Source of the DNA: Octopus vulgaris
Lineage: Eukaryota
Assembly: GCA_951406725.2 (NCBI GenBank)
Contig: OX597842.1
Span: 5,518,001-5,582,000, forward strand
Direction: 5' to 3'
Length of the DNA: 64,000 nucleotides
The notes below the pieces were generated by a model, which saw only the letters and a list, made by a program, of their open reading frames with translations, did not search any database and had not been told where the DNA came from. Position 1 is the first letter of the stretch, and each line of letters starts with the position of its first letter. This document shows positions 11,307 through 24,057 of this stretch, in pieces. Position numbers and translations under genes: made by a program.

Positions 11307-11765
11307 GTGTTCGGGTGCACCACAACTTGTCGGAAAGTGCATATAAAGCATATGCAGTAATGTGCAAATGTTTGGATACATGCTTGCGTGTGTATGGAGG
11401 GGGAGAAAGTCAGGTGTAGTGTTGGCGAATCTCAGAAAGCATGGAAGTTTTGAAGGATGCAGTGCTCCGACAACTAACAACTGATGCCGGCAGTTTGTTC
11501 CATGCTTCAGCAAGTCTTAGCATGAAAAGATGTTTCCAAAAGTCATGGGAGCTGTGCTGTTTTCTGACTTTGTAAATATGTCCACGGGTGTTAGACGGGT
11601 GGAGTTTGAAAAGGTGCTCAGAGTTATTGTTTGTAAGATGGTTGATAACTTTATGGGTGTCTGCCAAGTCAGCTGCCAGACGTCGGAGTTTCAATGTATC
11701 CATGCCCAGGGAAATAAGGCGTTCAAGAATATGCCTGATGGAGGGTATTGGTTGCACTCCTCCTG
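11307..11765 (-). mobile_element. 5'-truncated CR1-like LINE (end of ORF2 plus 3' UTR)
   Basis: ORF 11410-11757 reads ERLISLGMDTLKLRRLAADL...TRGHIYKV...RLAEAWNKLPASVV...SFK. This matches the L-L-RR...D, TRGH--K and WN-LP motifs of CR1-group ORF2 C-termini. Confidence 0.85.
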
Positions 11766-12105
11766 TACTGTGTGTGTGTGGGGGGGGGTTTACATATTTT
11801 GTTTACTTTCCTCTTTGTCTCATATGCCTCCATGCATGCGTCCGGATGCACATATGGACATATTTAAACCATCCTGTGTGGCTAACCTTTGCCCTTTGCA
11901 TATACTCACCCACATACAACAGACAGTGAAGAATCAGTGACCAGGTCATTGATATACACTGCAATCTGTAACAGCTGACCACTGACAGATGCAATGAAGT
12001 AAAGATAGTATCTGTAGCTTCAGCAAGACCCTCCACTCTACTTTCTTATTGGTGTATATATTCTGAAGACGGATGGGTATTTGGCACTTAATATAACCAT
12101 ATTAT

Positions 12106-12256
12106 AGGCATAGGAGTGGCTGTGTGGTAAGTAGCTTGTTTACCAACCACATGGTTCTGGGTTCAGTCCTACTGCGTGGCACCTTGGGCAAGTGTCTTCT
12201 ACTATAGCCTCGGGCCAACCAAAGCCTTGGAAATGGGAAACTGAAAGAAGCCCATC

Positions 12257-12302
<46 letters not shown>

Positions 12303-12570
12303 ATGTGTGTATGTATGTGTGTATGTATATATATGTATATGTGTATATATGTATGTGTGCGTATATTTTTGTGTCTGTGTTTGTTCCCCCAACATCGCTT
12401 GACAACCGATGCTGGTGTGTTTACGTCCTCTGTAACTTAGAGATTCAGCAAAAGAGACTGGTAGAATAAGTACTAGGCATCCAAAGAATAAGTCCCAGGG
12501 TCGATTTGCTCAACTAAAGGCGGTGCTCCAGCGTGGCCATGGTCAAATGACAAACAAAAGAGTAAAAGAA
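12106..12570 (+). mobile_element. Family A SINE
   Basis: Head, microsatellite and tail match the 1524-1932 copy. Confidence 0.88.
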
Positions 12571-12879
12571 TATATATAGATTTCTTGTTTAACCCCGAGT
12601 AGGAAGACTGTCAAGCCATGGGTGTTTTTCTTTTTTTTTGTCAGGTGCAATCTATGTGGGACTACACTATCCAATATGTCCTTCGTCCTTTTATAAGATA
12701 GTGATGTGATTTGAGAAGTATTTGACTGCTATTTCTAGTATATCTAGCAACCACATAGAGGTTGGTTGTTTTGTGTGTGTAGAGGTGGGATTGTATGTAT
12801 GTGTGTGTTTGTATGTATTTGTGTCAAGGCCACTCTGACACAAATATAATTCTTATATAAATCTACAGGCACACCACAT

Positions 12880-12888
12880 GTGTGTGTA

Positions 12889-12934
<46 letters not shown>

Positions 12935-13179
12935 TGTATATATATTGTGTGTATGTATATGTATATATATTGTGTATATATATTGTGTATATATATATAT
13001 GTATATATATTGTGTATATATATGTATATATATTGTGTATATATATGTATATATATTGTGTATATATATGTATATATATTGTGCATATATATGTATATAT
13101 ATTGTGTATATATATGTATATATATTGTGTGTGTATATATATATATATGTGTGTGTGTGTATAGATGTGTGTGTGTATG

Positions 13180-13210
<31 letters not shown>

Positions 13211-13845
13211 GTATGTATACAGATATGTACATATACATAGATGGGTATGGAAGTGTATATATACATATACACACATCCATTCTTTATGTCCCCTCTCCTA
13301 ATTGTTCTATATAAACAAATGTTATTGTGTGTGTGTGTGTATGTATACAGATGTTTGTGTGTATACAGACTGTGTGTGTGTGTGTATAGATGTGTGTGTG
13401 TATATAGACGAGTGTGTGTATATAGACGAGTATGTGTATATAGACGTGTGTGTGTATATAGACGTGTGTGTATATAGACGTGTGTGTGTATATAGACGTG
13501 TGTGTGTACATAGACGTGTGTGTGTACATAGACGTGTGTGTGTATATAGACGTGTGTGTGTACATAGACGTGTGTGTGTACATAGACGTGTGTGTGTACA
13601 TAGACGTGTGTGTGTACATAGACGTGTGTGTACATATACGTGTGTGTACATATACGTGTGTGTGTATATAGACGTGTGTGTATATAGACGTGTATGTGTA
13701 TATAGACGTGTATGTGTGTATATAGACGTGTGTGTGTATATAGATGTGTGTATATAGATGTGTGTGTGTATATAGACGTGTGTGTGTATATAGACGTGTG
13801 TGTGTATATAGACGTGTGTGTGTATATAGACGAGTGTGTGTATAC
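12880..13845. repeat. Microsatellite-derived minisatellites
   Basis: ~22-bp TATATATTGTGTATATATATG-type units (12940-13130) and 18-bp TATATAGACGTGTGTGTG units (13385-13845). Confidence 0.9.
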
Positions 13846-14242
13846 AGCACTAAATGTACCTGTAAAACATCTGTTTTTTCCAAATGCCCTGGAGGGGCCA
13901 AAAAGTAGTTTAACCTTATTGTTACCTCTGTCCCCTCATAAACAGTGGAGTGTTCTAGAAACACACTAATCCCAGTAAAAATGGGTCTATAAGAGTTCAG
14001 GGAGCTATTAGCTTTACTATCAACAGGGGCTCCGCTCTCTCTCTCGCCAAAGAGAAGATTGTACGAGGCTTATGTTTGAAGAGTAGTGCTGCATAGCAGT
14101 GAAATATGAAGGATTTGTAAAGGGTGAAAGAGTTCAGTCCCACAGAATGGCACCTTAGGCAAGTATCTTCTATAGCCCCGGCTTAACCAAAGCCTTGTGA
14201 ATGGATTTGGTAGATGGAAACTGAAAGAATCCCATTGTATAA

Positions 14243-14456
14243 CTGAAGGGGTGCTAAAAAGATCCTGGCCTTAAGGGTATTGTAAAAAGCCTAGTGGAGG
14301 CCCAACCTTCTGAGTTCTGTTACAGGGCTTAGAAAAACTGAAGGACCACTGCAAGAAGTGTGAATCTGAGAGGGGAATATGTTAAATAAAATCATAATTG
14401 ATGGATCCTCCTGCATTTTCTTTAACCCAAAACCAAGAAATTTTCAGTATCCTTTG
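14243..14456 (+). mobile_element. Short non-autonomous mariner derivative
   Basis: Degenerate TIRs GAAGGGGTGCTAAAAAGATCCTGG / CCAAGAAATTTTCAGTATCCTTTG-TA. The interior encodes a frameshifted GLEKLKDHCKKC..LRGEYVK*, like a mariner transposase C-terminus. Confidence 0.65.
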
Positions 14457-14499
14457 TATATGTATGTATGTGTGTGTGTGTGTGTGTATATACACATAT

Positions 14500-14660
14500 A
14501 TAAAATACAAAATGGGACAAGAACGCAAAACATCTGGACAACTAGGTGATGCAAAAAGGGACAACAAAACATCCAGATAGCTGATACAAAGAAAACAAGG
14601 ACGGGTCATTCGAAGTTTTCTTTCCTCAGTCAAGTACCAGATTATCTTTGCAATTTCAGC

Positions 14661-14665
<5 letters not shown>
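14500..14665 (-). repeat. Dispersed TA-embedded repeat (copies 20605-20730 +, 32385-32470 -) with degenerate hammerhead-like core
   Basis: CAGCTGAAATTGC...CTTGACTGAGGAAAGAAAACTTCGAATGACCCGTCC...CGTTCTTGTCCC is shared among the copies. Confidence 0.6.
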
Positions 14666-14695
<30 letters not shown>

Positions 14696-15149
14696 CGTAA
14701 TTAAATCTCAGAATGAGATTGAAACAGTAATCGCTCGATAATGTAAAGTATAGAAGCCATCTTATCATGGCTAACCACATTGGGGAGGGAGTGTTACTGT
14801 AGCTTTATAGCCCCAAGAGATCTTCGTCTCTAGCTGGCTTTAGACACCATTTCAGTGCCCTTTAAGTATTTGCAAAGGGAGGCCATCCCTTCCTTTCCTT
14901 GTATGTCTCCACTGTCCTGTTTTCTGACCCTCCATAAATCTAAAAATATTATTTTGGTATTTATGAGAGCAACTGTCTTGGAAGAGACTTATATTGTCTA
15001 TTGTCGTTGACTGCTCAAAACGGGGAGTAGACAGACAGACAGACGACAAGTGATGAAGTGTTGTTTTTTGTATTATTTGTCCTGTTTTCCATTTTTTTTT
15101 CTCGTTATTTGCATATTTAACTCATTTGTTTTTGTATTTCATGTTGGGT

Positions 15150-15525
15150 CGCCTTATTTCGTCTGTCGTTACGTTCCGAGTTCAAGTTCCGCCGAGGTCG
15201 ACTTTGCCTTTCTTCCTTTCGGGGTCGATAAATTAAGTACCAGTTACGCACTGGGTGTCGATGTAGCTGCCTTAATCCCTTTGTTTGTCAATGTTTGTCC
15301 CCTCTGTGTTTAGCCCCTTGTGGGTAATAAAGAAATAGAAATAGGTATTTCGTCTGCTGTTATGTTAAGAGTTCAAATTCCGCCGAGGTCAACTTTGCTT
15401 TTCATCCTTGCGGGGTCAATAAATTAAGTACCAGTTACGCACTGGGGTCGATGTAATCGTCTTAATCCATTTGTCTGTCCTTGTTTGTCCCCTCTGTGTT
15501 TAGCCCTTGTGGGTAGTAAAGAAAT
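15150..15525 (+). mobile_element. Family B SINE tandem dimer (both units start at TATTTCGTCTG)
   Basis: Two consecutive family B bodies. Confidence 0.88.
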
Positions 15526-15537
15526 ATATATATATAT

Positions 15538-15813
15538 ATCACGTGACCGACCAGACCATCAGATGTTGTTACACATCACTGGTCACAATGCATTTGCATT
15601 GTTTTAGCCTTCAAATGACGCCACCCCGCTGGCTAAGCGAGCAGGCCAACAGAAGAAAGAGAGGTGAAAGAGTACAGCAGGGGTCGCCACCACTCCCTGC
15701 CGGAGACTCGTGGAGCTTTTAGGTGTTTTCGCTCAATAAACACTCACAACGCCTGGTCTGGGAATCGAAACCGCGATCCTACGACTGCGAGTCCGCTGCC
15801 CTAACCACTGGGC

Positions 15814-15818
<5 letters not shown>
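15538..15818 (-). mobile_element. tRNA-derived SINE, family D
   Basis: Minus strand CAATGGCCCAGTGGTTAGGGCAGCGGACTCGC...GGTTTCGATTCC (A and B boxes). A second copy is at 37026-37370. Confidence 0.85.
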
Positions 15819-15842
<24 letters not shown>

Positions 15843-15849
<7 letters not shown>

Positions 15850-16087
15850 GAGGGATGACCACTATGTGGACAACCCTTATGCTAGAAGTATATCCGTTAT
15901 AGTCTTACCACTAAGAAAGGAATGTTCTCAAGAAAATTTTAGCAAATGCCAGAATGTAAGCGAGCAAGACAAATTAAAAGAAACAAAATATAGATTTCTT
16001 GAGAACATTCCTTTCTTAGTGGTAAGACCATAGCGGATCTACTTCTAGCATAAGAGTTGTCCACGTAGTGGTCATCCCTCATATGTA
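15843..16087. repeat. Fold-back palindrome (~95-bp arms) in TA microsatellite
   Basis: CATATGAGGGATGACCACTATGTGGACAAC... pairs with ...GTTGTCCACGTAGTGGTCATCCCTCATATG. Confidence 0.85.
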
Positions 16088-16208
16088 TGTAGTATAATTT
16101 TCTGAACCTTTAGATTTTAATATGCTAGACCACTGGTTTTAAATTGATGTTAATTAAATCAATATTCAATTTTTTACTCTTATTATTTTAAATTTATATA
16201 TATATATA

Positions 16209-16620
16209 GGCGCAGGAGTGGCTGTGTGGTAAGTAGCTTGCTAACCAACCACATGGTTCCGGGTTCAGTCCCACAGCGTGGCATCTTGGGCAAGTGTCTT
16301 CTGCTATAGCCCCGGGCCGACCAATGCCTTGTGAGTGGATTTGGTAGACGGAAACTGAAAGAAGCCTGTCGTATATATGTATATATATATATATATATAT
16401 AAGTGTGTGTGTATATCTTTGTGTTTGTCCCCCTAGCATTGCTTGACAACCGATGCTGGTGTGTTTACATCCCCGTCACTTAGCGGTTCGGCAAAAGAGA
16501 CCGATAGAATAAGTACTGGGCTTACAAAGAATAAGTCCCGGGGTCGATTTGCTCGACTAAAGGCGGTGCTCCAGCATGGCCGCAGTCAAATGACTGAAAC
16601 AAGTAAAAGAGTAAAGAGTA
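16209..16620 (+). mobile_element. Family A SINE (near consensus)
   Basis: Complete head, microsatellite and tail. Confidence 0.92.
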
Positions 16621-16939
16621 TATGTTTCTCCTCTGTAAGACCCCTTTTTTTTCTGGCCCTCAGCTTAAAGGTCTTTGTCTAGCAAGTTACTTAATGACCT
16701 CACTGCTCCTGGTGCCACATAAAAAATGCACCCCAGTACATCTTGCAAAGCAGTTGACTTTAGGAAGGGCCCCTAGCCATAGAAACCTGCTAAGGTGCAC
16801 AGCAAAGCTTGGTGCAGAATTGGTGCAGAATTCTGACTGCAGCAGGCTTAGGTGCCAGCTCTTCTCAAACTGTCCAACCCATCCCAGCATAGAGAAGTGG
16901 ATGTTAAATGATAATGTGCATGTCATTATATATATATTC

Positions 16940-17425
16940 TTTTATTCTTTACTTGTTTCAGTCATTTGACTGTGGCCATGCTGCAGCACTGCCATTAGTT
17001 GAACAAATCAACCACAGGACTTATTCTTTGTAAGCCTGGTACTTTTGGTCTCTTTTGACAAACTGCTAAGTTATGGGAACATAAACACACCAACATTGGT
17101 GCCAAGTGATGGTGGGGGACAAACACAGACACACAAATACGTACATCTATCTATCTGTCTGTCTGTCTATCTGTCTCTATCCATCCATCCATCCATCCAC
17201 CTACCTACCTACCCACTTACCTACGTGCCTACCTATCTATTTATCTATCTACCTATACCTACACACACACAATGGGCTTCTTTCAGTTTCCGTCTACCAA
17301 ATCCACTCACAAGGCTTTGGTCAGCTTGCAATTATAATAGAAGACACTTGCTCAAGGTGTTATGCAGTGGGAATGAACCCGTGGTTGAGAAGCAAGCTTT
17401 CTACCACACAGCTACCCCTGTGCCT
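16940..17425 (-). mobile_element. Family A SINE (diverged, tetranucleotide centre)
   Basis: Reverse orientation, ~320 bp from the plus-strand copy. Confidence 0.82.
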
Positions 17426-17674
17426 ACACACACACACACAATTATATATGCACACACACACACCCACACACACACACAAACATATACACACACACACATC
17501 TTCACACACGGACATATAAATATACATATATTTACACAGACAAATTTAAAGGCACATTATAAATTTAAATACATCTCCACACACACACACATACACGATT
17601 ATATACACACTACACACACACACACACAAAACATGTATACACACACACACACACATTCACACATGGACATATGA

Positions 17675-17705
<31 letters not shown>

Positions 17706-18484
17706 GAGAAATTTAAAGGCACAATATAAATTTCAATACACCTCCACATATACACACGCTCACACAGAGAATATTTTAGGTGTAGTTAATCAGCTGAAGG
17801 TGAGAAGTGTCCCTGACATTACCCTATATGTTGTACCTGACAGGTGTGTGAGTGAAACAGCAGAAGAGATTCCAGTAAATCAGGTTTTTATAGAAAGCCG
17901 ACTTGCAGACGTTGAAGAATATTGTGTTGACATAAAACAAGGATTTTCTCTTGCCCCCAATTCTATAGTATTGTAGTCTGTATTAGTAGCTGTTGTTGGT
18001 GTTGTTGTTGCTTGGCCCCAGGTCAGTCCTAATCCAGTCGACCTATGATCAAAGATGTTCCAACTGTGACCATCCCATCTTTTATTCAGGCATAGTGTAT
18101 CTAGGACTACATTTTCTAATGTATAGTATTGTAGTCTGTATTACTGGCTGTTGTTGTTTAACCCTAGGTCAGTCTTGCACACACACACACACACACACAC
18201 AGACACAAACACACACACACACACATACACACACACACATGTAGGCCCTTTGGTGTAGGCCCTTACTATCAAGTCTTTACCATCTTATCTCTCTCTCTCT
18301 CTCCTCAGCAAAAGAGACTGATAGAATAAGGTCCTGGGGTCGCTTTGCTTGACTAAAGGTGGTACTCCAGCATGGCCACAGTCAAATGACTGAAACAAAT
18401 AAAAGGATATCATAATTCTTCCTCTCTCTCTTGTACTCTTTGTATGTATGCAACTCACTCTCATTATAAATCTTTCACTCAGTT

Positions 18485-18811
18485 TCTCTCTCCCTGTCTG
18501 TCTCTGTCTGTCTCTCTCCCTCTTTGTCTGTCTCTCTCCCTCTTTGTCTGTCTCTCTCCCTCTTTGTCTGTCTGACTCTCTCTCTGTCTGTCTGTCTCTC
18601 TTTCCCTCTGTCTGTCTGTCTGTCTCTCTCTCTGTCTGTCTCTGTCTCTCCCTGTCTGTCTGTCTCTGTCTCTCCCTCTGTCTGTCTTTCTCTCTCTGTC
18701 TCTGTCTCTCCCTCTGTCTGTTTTTCTCTCTGTCTTTCCCTCTCGCTCTGTCCCTCCTCTCTCTCCCTCTTTCTCTCTTTCCCTCTCTCTCTCTGTCCCC
18801 CCTCTCTCTCC

Positions 18812-18850
<39 letters not shown>
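18485..18850. repeat. (CT)n/(CTGT)n microsatellite
   Basis: Seen directly in the sequence. Confidence 0.95.
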
Positions 18851-18851
<1 letters not shown>

Positions 18852-19229
18852 CCTGCCTTCCAATATTTCAAGCCAGCCCATTCCATATGACTAATAAAGA
18901 CGCAACACTAACGAGGAAATGATTATCTGTGATTATATATGGGTGGGTGTATGGAAGGGTGGATGGGTGTCAGTTTGTGTGTGTATATTTATGTATATTA
19001 ATCTGTATAGGCATGGGTTTGTGGCTATGTATGTATAAGTGGATGTGTATTTGTGTGTCTATATGTATAATACATGTGTGTATGTATGTGTTTGTGTATG
19101 TGTTATATGTATGTGTATAGTGTGTGTGTGTGTGTGTGTGTAATATACATTTGTATGATTGTATGTAAATTTATGTATTCATATGGTTGTGTTTATGTGT
19201 GTATATGTATATGTTTGCTTGTGTGTATA

Positions 19230-19660
19230 TCTGTATATATCTGTATAGGTGTGTGTGTGTGTATAGGTGTGTGTGTGTATAGGTGTGTGTGTGTGTGTGT
19301 GTATATATCTGTATAGGTGTGTGTGTGTGTGTATCTGTCTGTATAGGTGTGTGTGTGTGTGTATCTGTCTGTATAGGTGTGTGTATGTGTATCTGTCTGT
19401 ATAGGTGTGTGTATCTGTCTGTATAGGTGTGTGTATCTGTCTGTATAGGTGTGTGTATCTGTCTGTATAGGTGTGTGTGTGTGTATCTGTCTGTATAGGT
19501 GTGTGTGTGTGTATCTGTCTGTATAGGTGTGTGTATGTGTATCTGTCTGTATAGGTGTGTGTATGTGTATCTGTCTGTATAGGTGTGTGTGTGTGTGTGT
19601 ATCTGTCTGTATAGGTGTGTGTGTGTGTATCTGTCTGTATAGGTGTGTGTATGTGTGTGT
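19230..19660. repeat. Minisatellite TATCTGTCTGTATAGG(TG)n
   Basis: Constant 16-bp core with a variable TG spacer, repeated more than 10 times. Confidence 0.92.
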
Positions 19661-19891
19661 GAGAACCGTTTCATTGACACAGATTTATTTCTGGTTATTA
19701 TTGAAATAAGACACTGAGCCATCCCCCCCTCGACTCCCCTCTGTTCACCCCCCCCCCCGTTCATGTATTATAATAGGTATTGTTTAGTGCTAAATATCAG
19801 TGTTTACCTGGTGATGGCCACTGACACACTTCTGGATTGGTTTACAAGAGGAATTGTGTCAGAAGCCAACTTGCACAACTACTTCATGACT

Positions 19892-19980
<89 letters not shown>

Positions 19981-20165
19981 CAGTGTATCTCTCTGTCCAT
20001 CTCCCTTACTTTGTCTTTCTCACTCTGTCTATCTCTTTCTTTCTCTCTATCTTTCTCTCTCTCCTTCCTTCTTTGTATACCCATGTGTGTATACATGGGT
20101 ATATGGATGTGTATGTTGTACTGTATGTATGGTTATAAATAGGAATATATATATATATATATATA

Positions 20166-20573
20166 GGATCTTTTCGGTTTGACCGGCAGTTTTTAAAAAT
20201 AATTTACACGTAACTAAACGCTTTTAAACTTCGTATACTGGTAGAATGTGTTTATAAAACATCTTTTTCTCTTGGCTTTATTGAGAAAATTCTATAGTTT
20301 GTAAGATATTTGTTGCTTTTTTCTGCAATTTCAACCAATCAATGACGTCTATTGAGGTGAAAACATTCTGTGCTGTATGAATATGTCCCTCGTTTAAGAA
20401 ACAGATTGGGTTTATTTACATTTGTGAAGAAAAAAAGATACCCTTTCCCCTACCCTTAACCCTAACCCTAAAACAGATTGAAATGCAATAGATTGATACT
20501 AGGGTCATAATTATGGGTGACAATTTCATATGAGACCCGCTAGAAAAACCTGCCGTTCAAACCGAAAAGATCC
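20166..20573. mobile_element. MITE / non-autonomous DNA transposon with ~28-bp TIRs in (TA)n
   Basis: GGATCTTTTCGGTTTGACCGGCAGTTTTT ... AAAAACCTGCCGTTCAAACCGAAAAGATCC, with TA on both sides. Confidence 0.85.
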
Positions 20574-20834
20574 TATATATGTATATATATATGTATGTAT
20601 AGATTAATCAGCCGAAATTGCGAGGATGATCCGGTTCTTGACTGAAGATTAAAGGCTTCGAATGTCCCGTCCGTGTTTTTTGTATCGTCTTCTAAATGTT
20701 TTACGTTCTTGTCCCAGTTTGTATTTTTCTACATATAATATATATATATGTATGTATATATAGATGTGTGTATGTATGTGTATATGTATATGTATGTATA
20801 TATATATATATATATATTATATACATACATACAT

Positions 20835-20883
<49 letters not shown>

Positions 20884-20884
20884 G

Positions 20885-21115
20885 GGTGGTGAGCTGGCAG
20901 AATCGTTAGCCCGCTGGGTAAAATACTTAGCGGTATTTCATCTGCCGTTACTTTCAGAGTTCAAATTCCGCCGAGGTCAGCTTTACCTTTCATCCTTTCG
21001 GGGTCGATTAAATAAGTACCAGTTACGCAATGGGGGTCAATATAATCAACTTAATCCCTTTGTCAGTCCTTGTTTATCCCCTCTATGTTTAGCCCCCTGT
21101 AGGCAATAAAGAAAT
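20885..21115 (+). mobile_element. Family B SINE
   Basis: Complete head and body. Confidence 0.88.
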
Positions 21116-21124
21116 ATACATATA

Positions 21125-21161
<37 letters not shown>

Positions 21162-21629
21162 GTATATAGTTCATATTTGGTTTGCAAGATTCTTGATGTG
21201 AATTCGTGTGTTGAAAGAAATACTATTGAACTTTGGGAGGGTCACAGTGCCAGTAATGATAAACACATGCACTGGTTCGGTTTTTTATTGTTAGTTAATG
21301 GGTTAGTTACTCCATTAACCAATTTATTGATCAGCTGTTTTTTTACTAGTTTTTCAAACTCATATGTTAAACACTTTGGTTGAACAATTAACCATTCAAA
21401 TGTTCGATATTGTTAGTGTTGTCGCTATTTATTTCATTGCCTTGTTGCAATCTCTTCAGTGACACATCACTTTACTTCCATTTCTTCTGAACTTATGTTC
21501 CAGCGTTGGAATTTGTCCAAGATGAGTATGTGAGTGTGTGTATGTTAGCATGTGTGTGTGTTTATAAATAATTGTGTGCATCCATATATGTGTGTGTCTG
21601 TGTGTTTTTAAATACTGTGTCATTTTTCA

Positions 21630-21898
21630 TAGCGCCGCCTCACTGGCGTCTGTGTCGGTGACACGTAAAAGCACCAACCGATCGTGGCCGTTGCCAGCCT
21701 CCCTTGGCACCTGTGCAGGTGGCACGTAAAAAGCACCCACTACACTCACGGAGTGGTTGGCCTTAGGAAGGGCATCCAGCTGTAGAAACACTGCCAGATC
21801 AGACTGGAGCCTGGTGCAGCTTCCTTGCTTCCCAGACCCCGGTCGAACTGGCCAACCCATGCTAGCATGGAAAATGGACGTTAAATGATGATGATGAT
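21630..21898 (+). mobile_element. Family C element
   Basis: Core and (ATG)n tail. Confidence 0.85.
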
Positions 21899-22416
21899 AA
21901 GATAGTGGTTTTGATTTTCTCTGTGTATGTGGTGATAGATGGATAAATACACACACATACAAGCCTGGTTTTATGTCTGAGTTTGCTTGCAACCATGACT
22001 TTGAATTCAGCTCCATTGGGTAGCTCTTTATTTTGTGTCAGTTTTTAATGAGTTACTGTTCTCTTAGATAACTTGCCTGCACTATGATTTGCAGATACCA
22101 TGTATCATTTATCTGCCACTTGCTTGCCATTGGACTGTGGCCACGCTGGGGCACCACCTAGAAGGGTTTAGTTAAACAAATTACTCCCAGTACGTTTTTT
22201 TTGGTGAGGTCTGGTATTTGTTCTACCTAAAGCAACATACATGCAAGATTTCTACAGTAATGTGCATGCGTGTGCATCTACAGCAACATACATGCATATA
22301 CAGTAATGTGTCTGCTTCTATGGAAACATGCACATGTGTGCATATCTAACATGTGTATGCTCTTGTATCTACAGCAAAATGCGTGCATGTCTATACATGT
22401 GCATATCTACAGCAGC

Positions 22417-22810
22417 ATGGCCGTGTGGTAAGTAGCTTGCTTACCAACCACATGGTTCCGGGTTTAGTCCCACTGCATGGCACCTTGAGCAAGTGTCTTC
22501 TACTATAGCCTCGGGCCGACCAAAGCCTTGTAAGTGGATTTGGTAGACGGAAACTGAAAGAAGCCTGTCGTATATATGTATATATATATATATGCGTGTG
22601 TGTGTTTGGGTGTCTGTGTTTGTCCCCTTAGCATTGCTTGACAACCGATGCTGGTGTGTTTACGTCCCCGTCACTTAGCGGTTCGGCAAAAGAGACCGAT
22701 AGAATAAGTACTAGGCTTACAAAAAGAATAAGTCCCGGGGTCGAGTTGCTCGACTAAAGGCGGTGCTCCAGCATGGCCGCAGTCAAATGACTGAAACAAG
22801 TAAAAGAGTA
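22417..22810 (+). mobile_element. Family A SINE
   Basis: Near-consensus copy. Confidence 0.9.
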
Positions 22811-23314
22811 TCTATAGACGTAGATGTCTCTCTTACGCAAAAACACACACACACACACTCGAAGCATGTTATGAGTACCCCCCTATGAAAACCTTCCCAT
22901 CTCCCCCCTCGTGTATCATCAAAGAGGAAGTGATTCTAAACAGGAAGTCCTAATGAGGTCACCTTCAATTAGTTTGACCCATAAATAAAATTTGTCTTCC
23001 TGTCTCTCTCACTGACAATTTTTTCTTCCCTGTATTCTTTATGTGGCTTGCACTGTCTTAGGGGGTGGTCACTTGTGTACATATGTGTATGTATGTGTAT
23101 TGGGTGATGTTGTGGTTAAAAGTATTCCAGCCATGACCATCCTGTGTAATTCTAATATCTGAAATCTGGAACTGTCTTGTACGAGTTGTCCTTCCGTTTT
23201 TTTAAGACAGTTGTGTGATTTGAGTGACGTTTGACTGTTATTTCTAGCTTGTTCATTAACTGCATAGAGGATTTCTCATTGTGTATGTACTAATTTGAAT
23301 GGTCCAGCAGACAC

Positions 23315-23775
23315 AGGGTCAAAGATGTTCCAACTGTGACCACCCCATCTTTTATTCAGGCATAGTGTATCTAGGACTACATTATCTAATGTATAATATT
23401 GTAGATAGCATTACTGGCTGTTGTTGCTGTTTAACCCCAGGTCAGTCCTAATCCAGTTGACCTATGATCAAATATGTTCCAGCTGTGACCATCCCTTCTT
23501 TTATTCAGGCATAATGTATCTAGGACTACATTATCTAATGTATAGTATTGTAGTTAGTATCAGTGGCTATATTTGTTGTTTAACCCTAGGTCAGTCTTGA
23601 TCCAGCTGACCTATGATCAAAGCTCATCCAGCTGTAACCATCCCATCTCTTAAGGCATAGTGCATCTAGGACTACATCATCTAATGTGTTGTATAGGAGT
23701 TAGTATCAGCGGCTATATCTCTTGTTGTTCAGTCCCAGGACAATCCTGCTGTGACCATCCCAACTTTTATTCATT
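23315..23775 (+). repeat. Tandem array of a ~150-bp dispersed repeat
   Basis: Unit TTAACCCCAGGTCAGTCC..GACCTATGATCAAA..CCAGCTGTGACCATCCC..GGCATAGTGTATCTAGGACTACATTATCTAATG. Also at ~18010-18175, 26285-26885 (-), 56150-56700 (-) and 63880-63965. Confidence 0.85.
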
Positions 23776-23789
23776 CTTAGTTTAAGACT

Positions 23790-24050
23790 GTGCATGGGTC
23801 CGTGGTTAGAGCTTTGGGCTGACAACCATGAGTTAGTGAGTTTGATTCCCGGACTGGGCTGTGTGTTGTGTTCTTGAGCAAGACATTTTATTTCACGTTG
23901 CTCCAGTTCACTCAGCTGTAGAAATGAGTTGCAACATCAACTGGTGCCAAGTTGTATCGGCCCCTTTGCCTTTCCCTTGGATAACACTGGTGGTGTGGAG
24001 AGGGGAGGCCAGTATGCATGGGTGACTGAAGAGGGTCTTTACCCTTTATC
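23790..24050 (+). mobile_element. tRNA-derived SINE, family E
   Basis: GTGGTTAGAGC...GTTTGATTCCC head, then TTGAGCAAGACATTTTATTTCACGTTGCTCCAGTTCACTCAGCTG. Related heads at 25850-25960 and 25995-26120. Confidence 0.75.
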
Positions 24051-24057
24051 CTATGTA

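Noticed and set aside
6886-13964. Many long YI/HT/CV-rich ORFs
   Set aside because: They are translations of (TA)n/(CA)n microsatellites, open in several frames, with no splice or domain support.
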